Below are positions 12,419 through 24,500 of a DNA stretch of 64,000 bases, one piece after another. The stretch lies in assembly GCA_020137815.1 (NCBI GenBank), contig CM035350.1:744001-808000 (forward strand), in the 5' to 3' direction. Numbering within the stretch: the stretch's first letter is position 1; every line of letters starts with the position of its first letter. The notes below the pieces were generated by a model, which was not told the DNA's origin, did not search any database, and was given only the letters and a program-made list of their open reading frames with translations. The position numbers and the translations under genes were made by a program. Origin of the DNA: Hormiphora californensis (Eukaryota > Animalia > Ctenophora).

Positions 12419-15377
12419 ATGGATAATCTGGGTTCCCCGCCTCCCCTCGACTCTGAGGAGGATGAGGAGGAGGATTTTGGAAGGTTCGAGTCAGTCTTTG
12501 CATCCCATTCCATCGCTACAAAAGATGATAGTACAACAGGGGGTTTCGTTACCTCTTTCTCCCCGCCCCCATTAGGGGATAATAGCTGGTTTACTGAGCC
12601 CCCCGTGGTAGCACGGTCTACAGATGATGACGATATATTTGGTGTGAGAGGACCCCCTCCCCCTCTTGAATATAACTAGCTGACTCACCAGAGTTTGGAG
12701 AATTTCCCAATTTGCCGCCCGGGTTCGGGGCCCTCCCGGAAGAGGACAGACGGGATAAGCCTGTTGATCTATTTGGAGGTTTTGAACACAGCAACGATGA
12801 GTTTGGGGGTTTTCCGGTTCCAAAAATAGAGCCAGATGCTGAAGACTCGGTTATTTCTAGTACTGAAGAAGAGGGTTCACCTGGCATTCAGCCAGAATCA
12901 AATTCATGTGCCTCTGAAATGTTCGAATCTACAAAAGATGAATTTGCCGATTTTGGAAAAGCTACACCTGAAAAAGACGAGTTTGCTGAATTTGGAATAG
13001 GTGGATCTGAAAAAGACGAGTTTGCCGATTTTGGAAAAGCTGAATCTGAAAAAGACGATAGTTTTGTTACGTTCGAGTCCCCGGAGTCTGAAACTAATTT
13101 CAGGATTAAATCGATATCACCCAAAGAAGCGGAGGTTACTGACTTATGGGAAGCAGCAACAACTGCAGGGACCGATGATAAACCATTTGACACCCAGACC
13201 GCTAGCAAGGGTGTGTTCAGCTTTGATTCAGAGGATGAAAGAGATGTACCAACTCCACTGAAAACTGGTGAACAGGTGCCTGTATTTGGGAGTTTTGACT
13301 CTCCTGCTCCAGAAGAAGAGCCTGAGTTTGCAGCATTTTCCGAGGAAATAAAAGAAGAGCCTGAGTTTGCAGCATTTTCCGAGGAAAGAAAAGAAGAACC
13401 TGAGTTTGCAGCATTTTCCGAGGAAAGAAACGAAGAACCTGAGTTTGTAGCATTTTCCGAGGAAAGAAATGAAGAACCTGAGTTTGTAGCATTTTCCGAG
13501 GAAAGAAAAGAAGAACCCGAGTATGCAGCATTTTCCGAGGAAAGAAATGAAGAACCTGAGTTTGCAGCATTTTCCGATGAAAGAAAAGAAGAACCTGAGT
13601 TTGCAGCATTTTCCGAGGAAAGAAATGAAGAACCTGATTTTGCAGCATTTTCTGAGGAAATAAAAGAAGAACCTGAGTTTGCAGTATTTTCCGAGGAAAG
13701 AAAAGAAGAACCTGAGTTTGCAGCATTTTCCGAGGAAAGAAAAGAAGAGCCTGAGTTTGTAGCATTTTCCGATGAAAGAAAAGAAGAACCCGAGTATGCA
13801 GCATTTTCCGAGGAAAGAAAAGAAGAGCCTGAGTTTGCAGCATTTTCCGAGGAAACAAAAGAAGCGGGCGAAGAGAATTTTGGTGATTTCTCCGACTTTC
13901 CTCAGCCTACTACAACAGATAGTTTCGCAAGCTCTTTTCAATTCTCGGAAAGAGAAAGTTGTGAAGTTCACGAAAAGAACTCTAGAGTTGAAGGTGGTAA
14001 TGGAGATTTATCTGAGTTCCGGGAAGTTTCTGATGAGTTCGCTGAAATGGACAGCATTAATAGTGTGAATGGTGTTAATGAGACCACAGACCGTGATCTA
14101 TCAGCACCCCAAGAAGGAGAGTTTGCTGATTTTTCTCAACCAGCAGCACAGAATGATGAGTCAGATGATGATTTCGCTGATTTCGCTCAGCCAACAGAAA
14201 CTCCATTCATGAAGCAAGATGACGATGATGATTTTGCAGACTTTGCTCAGCCTCTGCAGCAAGCAGATGATGATGATGATGACTTTGATGACTTTGCCGA
14301 TTTCGCCCAACCGTCTGTAGAAGCAACTGAACACATAACATCATCTGAGCGGTCAACAGACCCTGATAGTAACATCTCGACAGTGTCGCGAATTGAGGTA
14401 AAGACTTGCTGAAATTCTTCCTGAGTTCTTCATAGTCTGATCGTCTTAACAAAAACCATACAAGCTTATTATTATCACTCTCCCTTTCCCAGATATTCCC
14501 GGAGTGCTTCAAAGCTCTAAAAGAAGAAGAGGAACATGATACAGATGTAGCTCCACCCCTGGACGGGGGGTTGGTGTTAATGCGAACAGTTAGTGATGTG
14601 GACGCCCAGTTTGCAGTTGGTAGGGGCAAGTGGTTTCACACTGAGGCGTATGACAAGATGGTTAATGCACTGTGTTTGGGTAGTCTGCCCCAAAAGTCTT
14701 CTTCAGAAGACCGAGTAAAGGTAAACAAAGAAATGAAATGAGATTTCTTAGGTTTCACACGTTGGTTTCGTATATTGGTGCCATACCCAATATCATAATA
14801 TGCATATTAGATTTGACTTCTGAGAAACCAAAAATGTAATGTGAAAATTGAGAAATAGAGTGATAGAGGGCGAGAAAAAAGAGAGAGAGAGAGAGCGAGA
14901 CAGGAAAGAAGATAGACATGAGAGAGGTTTCTCTAATATTAATACTCAAAACAACCTCACCCTCCATAACCCCCCTTCAGAATCTAGAGGATGAGTTTGC
15001 AGTGTTTGGAAGCACCAGCCCAGTACCCGGTGATGGTGGCGGGGCAACACTTCTTCCTGAGGATCTGGCTACTGTGGAGGAAACTAGCACGGGGAAACCA
15101 AAACCGTTAGTGTATATTTCTACCGTTGTTAAGTTGGTTATTGTATCAGCCCATCCACTCCATCTCCCCCTCCCCTATCTCCCCAATAACAACCCTCCGA
15201 CCCCTGGTTCTAATCACTAATAACAGCCCCTATTTTAGAGAGCATCACGCGAGTATAATGTCTGGATACTGCCGCGATAGGAAACATCAGCTCAGTGCAG
15301 AAGCTCAACTAATCGTGGATTCCCTGCCTGATTTATCATTCATGCTCTCTCCTGTCTTGATGTTTAGGGTGAAGTGA
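12419..15377 (+). CDS. AFTPH: Aftiphilin-like AP-1/clathrin accessory protein
   Basis: N-terminal SPPPLDSEEDEEEDFGRF, many [DE]FxxF motifs and C-terminal SLPDLSFMLSPVLMF match the conserved aftiphilin termini. Exons about 12419-14397 (one probable error frameshift near 12675), 14493-14720, 14981-15105, 15239-15377. Confidence 0.88.
13315..13860 (+). repeat. Coding minisatellite, 14 x 39 bp (EEPEFAAFSEERK)
   Basis: Directly visible in the DNA and in ORF 12712..14412. Confidence 0.95.
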
Positions 15378-15701
15378 TGCGTTCCTCGCTCAGAAATGAT
15401 ATTAGGTTGAGAAAATGGGCTGTGTGAGTTTAACTTTATATATAGGGGTTTGAAAGTTTTAGTATTCAACAGACTCTTGATTTACTGGCCCAAACTCTTT
15501 CCTTCTAGTCTGCGAGTGCTACAACAGATTGTATATACGGAACTGAGTGGAAGTTAAATTGTTTGTTATTGTTTTCTTTCAGTTATGTGGTGAATTGTTA
15601 TATTTTGAATGTTGACACAATTTTACTAACTCCCCTGTCCAGTGCCGTCTGTCTCTCAGTTTATCTAATTATTAATTAACGCGTCAGTCATATAGCACAG
15701 A

Positions 15702-18498
15702 ATGGGCAAGACAAAAGACAACAGTCCCTCTCCGGAGACGATACGAAAGAGATTGAAGAAAAAGCGACGAGACCAGCTCAAGGTAAAGTAGTAGTGCTAT
15801 ACCATTGTTCTTTGAGCTGAAATTGCCCCCAGTAATATATTACAGTGGTATTACTGCTATCCCCCTCTACTCCCACATGACCAGCACTCCATATATTTCC
15901 AGGAAAAAGAAGAGGAGCAGTTGGAGGAACTGAGGGGTATCAAGGAGAAGAAGAAGGAGAGGCAGTACAGAAAACGGGAAGAGTCAGACGATTCAGATTC
16001 AAGGGCCAAGGATAAGAAAAGGGACAAAAAGAAGTCTAAACGTGTCCTGTCTCCTTCGCCAGAAAAGAGGCGCCGTTCTCGAACACCACCCAGAAAGCAG
16101 AGATCAAGAAGTCGATCAGTAGGGAGAAGAAGGTCCCCTGCTAGAAGATCTATAACACCACCCCGCCGCAGAACACCCCCACGAAGACAATCAAGAAGTC
16201 CAGCCCGCCGGAGAACACCTCCAAGGAGATCTAGTAGGAGCCCGCCTAGGAGATCTAGTAGGAGCCCACCTAGGAGATCTAGTAGGAGCCCACCTAGAAG
16301 ATCTAGTAGGAGCCCACCTAGGAGATCTAGTAGGAGCCCGCCAAGAAGACGTTCTAGGTCTCCTGCAAAGAGGAAGAGACGTTCCTCCTCCCCTCAGAGA
16401 CGTGTTTCACCTAAACGTAGAGATACCTCCCGGAAACACTCCAGAGAACGGCCCAAAAAGAAGAGATCCCGGTCCAGAAAACGAAGTAAAGAGCGACAGA
16501 GATCAAAAGAAAGAAAAGAGAAGTCTCCGCCAAAGAGGGCCAAATCACCAAAAAAGTAAGTACGTGGTGCACTTAAAATTCAGCACTTTTAGCACTTTAG
16601 CGTGACTTCAGGATGATGAGGCACTAAAGAGATCCCAGGTCAAAATTGTTGAAAAAGTGCTGGCAATGGGAATTTTGGGATTCAAAAAGTGCTGGAATTT
16701 TGCTATTGCACGTTGACGTCAATAATGCCTCTCTTCCGCCGGTCGCGGAGCCAATTTCTCTAATAAACGTCCTAGGGTGTTCCGATTGGTCTATATTTAC
16801 TCCCTATAACCGTGGATGGTCCATAAATTGAGTTTTAGGGGGTGAAAGATGGGTGCTGGCATCCAGCAATGGGGCAGCAATGGATCAATTTTACAGAAAA
16901 AGTTACTGTGTCAATATGGCCTCTCTGTCACCGGTCGCGAGGCAAATTTCTCCAATAAACGTCCTAGGGTGTTCCAATTGGTCTATATTTACTCCCTATA
17001 ACCGTGGATAATCGATAAATAGAGTTTTAGGGGGTGCTGGCTGGGTGCTGGGATCCAGCAATGGGGCAGCAATGGATCAATTTTACAGAAAAAGTTACTG
17101 TGTCAATATGGCCTCTCTGTCACCGGTCGCGAGGCAAATTTCTTCAATAAACGTCCTAGGGTGTTCCAATTGGTCTATATTTACTCCCTATAACCGTGGA
17201 TAGTCGATAAATTGAGTCTTAGGGGGTGAAGAATGGGTACTGGCATCCAGCAATATGCAGCAATGAGACACGTTTACATTGCTGCCCCATTGCTGGATCC
17301 CAGCACCCAGCCAGCACCCCCTAAAACTCTATTTATCGACTATCCACGGTTATAGGGAGTAAATATAGACCAATTGGAACACCCTAGGACGTTTATTGGA
17401 GAAATTTGCCTCGCGACCGGTGGCAGAGAGGCTATATTGACATAGTAACTTTTTCTGTAAAATCGATCCATTGCTGCCCCATTGCTGGATGCCAGCACCC
17501 AGCCAGCACCCCCTAAGACTCAATATATCGACTACCCACGGTTATAAGGAGTAAATATAGACCAATTGGAACACCCTAGGACGTTTATTAGAGAAATTTG
17601 CTTCGCGACCGGTGGTAGAGAGGCCAATATATTGGCATAGTAAGTTTTTCTGTAAAATCGATCAAAAATAGCACCTAATGTCGACAATATATGGACCAAT
17701 AGGAGCACGCCAGACTCAATTTAATTGTTCCCTCTTAAATTTCAAAATGTGCTGGGAGTTTACCAAAATGTGCTGGCAAGCGCATTGCTACATTGTCAAC
17801 AATTTTGACCTGGGAAAGAGATGCAGATAAGGTTGCAGAACAAAGCTGTAATGCTTGCTGATATATATCATCCTACCTTTATTCGCTCTAACGTATAAAC
17901 CACTAATTTCTGTGACCCCCTGTATTCACACTAACTTGATAATTGATAAAGTACTATGTACCCCTCAGGAAAAAGAATTCAGATGACTCAAGTGATAGTA
18001 GAGATAGTGATACTGCTGACATCCTAGTGAAGGAGAGGAAGGCTGAGGTTAACAAATTCCAGTCGGAGATGGAGAAAGAGATGGAGAAGAGAAGAGAGAG
18101 GATAGAGGCGTGGAGAGCAGAGAGAAAGAAAGATGGCCCTTCAAATGGGCCTGAAACAAAGGAAGATAAGAAACAAGAGCCTGCAATGCCAGTAAGTTGT
18201 GAAATGTCTCCTAATACTGACAAGAACTAATAGACAGGGGGACCGACCACACCCACCGAGGAAGCTGCTGAACGCTTCTGAATCTCATGCCACCCACGTG
18301 GCGATATGTCAGAAACCACTCAAAATATACTAGGTATAGGGACATGATACTGACAATAAAATACTGAACCAAAATATTCAGTGCTTCGCGAATTTATGAC
18401 ACTTGACAGTAAACTGACTTGAAATACTGAGCACGTGCTTCAGCAAATTCGACGCCTTCGATGAGCTGTTTGAACCTTAGCCAACATCATAATCTCTA

Positions 18499-18579
<81 letters not shown>

Positions 18580-21500
18580 CCTCTCTCTTTCTCTCTCTCT
18601 CTCTATCTCCCCCATCACATGGTCCTTCCTCTAGCAAAAGATCTGGTCTCTAGAGGACGATGAAGAGGATGAGGATGAGGTACCTGTACCAGTAGTAGGG
18701 GAGGATGATGCTGACGCTGATGATGAGGGTGGCCCTTCAGCCCAGGTACAGTACCTCACCTCACACTTCACCACTCTGATTGTTACAACACTAGTTTTGA
18801 GGTCCTGAGACCACCCAAATACGTGTATTCCTCCTCTCTCTCTCCACTCTCACCCTTACTTACTTCCTCCAGCCAACATCCAGAGAGATACCATGCCGTG
18901 GCGGCTCTGTGTCCTGGTATAGTGTTCACTACAATACATCCCTCATCCCCCCATGATTATAAGATCTCGGTTATTCCATTCCTTCTCAGGCACACACTTT
19001 ATTAGATGGACGAGAGAAGGGTGGAGCGAGATATACTGATCAGCAACTACTGGCGTGTATCCTGGTGGTGGTGGTGGCTCCTCTTCTTCAACACTGCTAC
19101 ATCCCCCCTCCCCTGATACCTCTCTCTAACACACACCCCTCTCCCTCAGGTAGAGGAGGATGGAGATGAGAGCGAGGTAGACCCACTAGACGCGTTCATG
19201 GAGGGTGTATCTGCCAAGATAAAACAAGAGAGCAAGCAGACTAATGTTGTAAAGAAGATGAAGAAGATAGTCAAGGTAAGAACACTGTTCATATCTAACC
19301 AGTTCAGATAATGACCCAACAGAGATGAACCTCCTATACACTGTGATATAGTTTTGTGTTTTTCTTTTCCATACTTATACCAACCTTTTATCCAGGGTAA
19401 GGAAGTTGAGGTGTCTGTTGCGACAAAGGTCCAAAAAGAGGAGAAACAGAAGGGAGATCTAATGGAGAACAATGCTGAGGCTATGGAATACTCCTCTGAG
19501 GATTTCTCTGATGATAATCTGGAGGATCTTAACTACGCTGGATACAAAAACAAAAAACGAAGGGTAAGGCCAAGAGAGGGGGGGGGGAGGGTGTGGGACA
19601 GTGCTCGGCACACTTTTGAGCAGTTTATGTTGTAGGGCGCGCGTACCTAAAACATAAAAAGTTGAAGTTTTCAGCTTTTGAAATTTGGCCCCGCGCGACC
19701 GTGGGAAAATATTGACACACAGGGTGCCATTCATTACACTGTCTCATAACAATTCATTTTTACAGGAATTGGAAGCCCCTGCCCATGGTACAATGAACTA
19801 TGAAGAATTCAGGAAGGATTTCTATGTCGAGGTCCCTGAGCTTGCAAAGATATCGGAATCTGAACTAGCAGACATTCACGAGAATTTAGAGAACATGCAA
19901 ATTAGAGGAAAGAATCCTCCAAAACCAATAAAATCGTGGATTCAGGCGGGTATCAGTATGAAGATACTGGGTATACTGAAGAAACATGGGATGGTAGCTC
20001 CTACACCCATCCAAGCTATAGCCCTCCCATCAGCCATGTCTGGGAGGGATATAATAGGAATTGCAAAGACTGGGAGCGGTAAAACACTGGCCTTCCTACT
20101 GCCTATGTTCAGACATATAATGGACCAGAGACCCCTGGAATCGGACGAGGGACCCATCGCTCTTCTGATGTCCCCCACTAGAGAGCTGGCCCTGCAAACT
20201 TATAACGAGGCTAGGAAGTTTACCAAGGCATTGAAACTAAGGGTTGTGTGCGTGTATGGGGGTACTGGTATCAGTGAGCAGATTGCAGAACTGAAGAGGG
20301 GCTGTGAGATTATAGTGTGTACACCAGGCAGGATGATTGACATGTTAACTGCTAACAATGGAAGGGTAACCAACTGTAAAAGGATAACTTATGTCGTGAT
20401 AGATGAAGCTGATAGGATGTTTGACATGGGATTCGAGCCGCAGGTAATACACATTCCATTATCTCTCCTCTAATTGCATCTCTGTACCGATATATAGCAA
20501 TGACCACATTTACCTTATTAACAAGTTTATAATGTCCCTACAGGTAAACAAGATTGTCAGCTGTATCAGGCCAGACCGACAGATGGTCATGTTCTCTGCT
20601 ACCTTCCCCAGACAAATGGAAGCTCTTGCTAGAAAACTGCTGGCTAAACCTATCGAGGTGGGTAGTTGTAGGTTATACTGATAGTAGTCGTAGTCACTTT
20701 GTAAGTGTCATCATATCTGTCATCTAAAGTTTCAGTATAGGATCCGATACTATAGGATGTGACTCGGCCTTCGAAAGGGCCCACTCACTGTCACGATTCA
20801 CAGAGTGTGGTGTGAGCCACATAGGCATAGAGATTGAGATACCGATCTTTAGCTTTACTGTGTTATGTGAGCCGAGAGAGAAATGTGAGAGAGACTACAG
20901 TCTATGACATGTGATCACATAACTATCTTGGATAATCCCCACTCTAACCCTATCAGATCACGACGGGAGGAAGGAGTGTTGTTAGTGCGGCTGTTGATCA
21001 GAATGTTATTGTTATTGAGGAAGATGACAAGTTCCACAAACTCATGGAGTTACTAGGACACTTTGGGGAGGGCCAGAGCCTCATATTCGTACATACCCAG
21101 CAGAAATGTGACCAGATCTTAAAGGATCTGATGCTCGCCTCCTACAGTGTCATGTCACTTCACGGTGGTATGTTATCCTTCTTCTGTTTTACACGTCTTC
21201 TTCTTTATCCTATCCTGGTTCACCTTGCAACCCCCACTACCTTCCCATTCTAAACCCCTCAATCACCATTTCTAAACCACCTCCCCTGCAGGCATGGATC
21301 AGCATGATCGTGACAGTGTAATCTCTGATTTCAAGAAAGGAAATATCAGGGTTATGGTTGCTACAAGTGTGGCAGCTAGGGGTCTGGATGTTAAAGCCCT
21401 CAGACTGGTAGTTAACTACGACTGTCCCAATCACTACGAAGACTATGTCCATCGTGTGGGTAGGACTGGAAGGGCAGGGCTCAAGGGTACTGCCTATACA

Positions 21501-24500
21501 TTTATCCAGCCTGACCAGCCAAGATATGCAGGGGATCTAGTGAATGCGATGGAGGCAAGTGGTGCCAGGGTACCTACAGAACTGGAGCTACTGTGGAAGG
21601 ATTATGTAGATGAGCAGAAGGAGATGGGTCTATCAGTGGAGAAGAACAAGGGATTCAGTGGTCGAGGGTTTAAATTTACTGAGGAGGAGACTATGATGTT
21701 TAGCGAGAAGAAGCAGTTACAAAAGTTCCAACTTGGTATGATATAACCACACTACCCGGATCATTTCTCTACTCATTACTATTAGACTTAAACTCTTCCA
21801 TCACACTAAACACTTCAACTCTCCCATCTCCACTACACCTCTCTTCCTCTGCCAGGTCTACAGGACAGTGACGAGGAGGACCTAATGTCACAGAAACAGG
21901 ATGAGTTGGAGTGTGCTATTGAGGCTATCATGGGAGGGAAGGGGAAGCACAAACTAGCTCTAACTGAGAAAGCATCCACACCTCCCCCTCCCAAATTCGA
22001 ATTGAGGAGAGGCAAAACAATTGAGGTAAGAGGTTAAAAGATAAAAGATAATAATACAGTTGAAAATCAGTTTCAGTCCTCATCTGCTCATCTAGAGCAA
22101 GACGAGGTGATTGTCTATCTGCTCATCTAGAGCTATATATTGTTTTCTATACATGTTGTCCGTTCCTTTCCCCTTTCTCACACAGTACCTTATTACACCC
22201 CTCACTGCTGCTACTGGTCAGACTCATCTTCCTTTTGAAGGATAACTTCAGCCACTTCCTGAACTTCTGGTTGACAATGTAGTATACCCAGGGATTGGTG
22301 AGCATGTTGAGACATGCCACGTAGTTGTATATGTAGATCTCATTCCCGCCGTATCTAATGGAACTCCTGATCCCAAGAGGTAGGTAGGAGACTAGGAAGA
22401 TGGAAGACACGAGGACCACAATAGCAACACTTCTACTGGGTCGTTTAGCACTGGCCCTTCTAGCGCTGGCTAGCAGTATAGACAGTAGGAAGGTGTTGCA
22501 TCCTATTAGACCGATTATTGGGAGACCCATAGTTAGACCAAGAGATACCCTCCAGGCGATGGTAACAGACTGGTAGAAATATGATGTGCATATAAAACTC
22601 TCAGGTCTAAAGTAGTTAGCTAGCCCTGTAACATGAGGCAGGAAGCAGAGGTATAACGCTACTATAACAATCACTGCCACACCTCCCCACCGGGTCTTTG
22701 GCCCAAAGTTCCTTCTCGCGTCCTTGGGTTGTTTGAGTATCATAGCCCGGTAGACGGTTAGAGTAGTAGTTAGTAGGATCTCAACGTAGAGGGGGAGGTT
22801 GGAGAATGACCCGACTAGCCAGCAGATAATAGAGCCCAGGGGCCAGTGCCCCACTATTAGGACAGCCAACATGGGGATATACTTGGTTATCACTAACAGG
22901 ATATCCACCACTGCTATCAGCTCTAGTAGGAAGGTGGTTGTGGCATCTAGCTTGAGGGCCTTGTACCGGAGAGAGCTGTACAGAACCACACTGTTACCTG
23001 GGGAGGAGGGGGTGTTAGCATGTTAACCCTGTGGTTTTACTGTGGTTATAGGAGCAGTGATCACACATGTCTACTTCATGGTATATAACAGGTAAGGGCG
23101 CGATCACACCAAGATCTTCGAAAGAATTCTTTCGAAGCACCAAACCCAATCACACCAAAAAGCTTCGTTTGGTTCTTGCACGCGGATGGCTGTTGTATAC
23201 TTTTCACTGTCGTCAGAGTCAAAAACTAGCAATAGACATACGTGCGCAAGAACCAAACGAAGCTTTTTGGTGTGATTGGGTTTGGTGCTTCGAAAGAATT
23301 CTTTCGAAGATCTTGGTGTGATCGCGCCCTAACACATGTCATGGTAGTACAGTACCCGCATCGTATCTCGCATCGTTTAGCCGTTATTTGCATATTTATG
23401 ATACCTGTTTACAAAAATTACAAAAATCCTGAGAAACTAGACTAAAAAACAAAGGAAATTTGTTTGGAACACCCGTGGCCTTTTGTCGATACTTGACGCT
23501 GCGTGAAATGCACCCTTCGTCAGAGCAAGACGAGGAAGAGTGAGAGAGAGAGTGTGCGTGACGTGTGTTAGAACTTGGAGAGATGGCACAACGATACCTA
23601 GTAGCTCAGATTATGGGTGCATTTCACGCAGCGTCAAGTATCGACAAAAGGCCACGGGTGTTCCAAACAAATTTCCTTTGTTTTTTAGTCTAGTCACACA
23701 TGTCTATTTCATGGTATATAATAGGTAACACATGTCATGGTAGTACTCACCTGCTACCCCAAGGAAGACTATTAGGAAGTTGAGGGTGATGAGGATACCC
23801 ATAGTTGCATCAGATAGACCATGGTAGTCTGCTATACTGACATTAAACGTGCTTTCATTAACAGAGAATAGAGCCATGATGGAACTAGGGAGTGTTAGGT
23901 GTTAGTATAGTTTGTTAAAATCTAGTAACTAGGAATAATTTAGGGCACTACGACTAGTCAGCAGCAATAGTAGGCATGTGTTGTTGAAGGAATTCACAAC
24001 TAACGCAATATTAAAATATTTGGTATATATGGGTGCCGTGGAACATGTCAACATGTTGTACAGTGGTAGGGGAAGCTACATAGTTTCATGTAGCCTGATG
24101 TTGGCATGAGGCGGCCTGTATACCTCAACTGTATACTGCAGTAGTTGGCAGCCCTCGGAAGTGTACTAATTACAGCCTGTAATACTTCAAACAAAACATG
24201 CTATGAAAAGAGGTTGGGACAACAAGCAGACTAGACGTCACCATGAGCTGCGATCAATCTGATCAGATCTCTTCCAGATTTAGTTACCAAAATGCTAATT
24301 TTATTCACCCTTCTAGAAACGCTTTATAAATAGAAGTACCTATCTCTAGCGCAAAGAACTAAAGACTCATTTGCTGGATGTAAAAAGCTAGTCCATACCA
24401 TCAGCATATTGAAAAGAGGTGAAGACAGCTGACGCTTTTTTCAAACACTTGCACTATGCAAGTATGCAATTATACATGTGGCTACGTTTTAGTTAGCCGT

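Noticed and set aside
12665-12712. Stop splitting aftiphilin into ORFs 12419..12679 and 12712..14412
   Set aside because: One indel restores a continuous aftiphilin-like frame; probably an error.
13217-13971. Long antisense ORFs over the aftiphilin repeat
   Set aside because: By-products of a stop-free 39-bp repeat.
22147-23877. GPCR as an opsin
   Set aside because: The position six residues before NPxxY is Cys, not the retinal-binding Lys.
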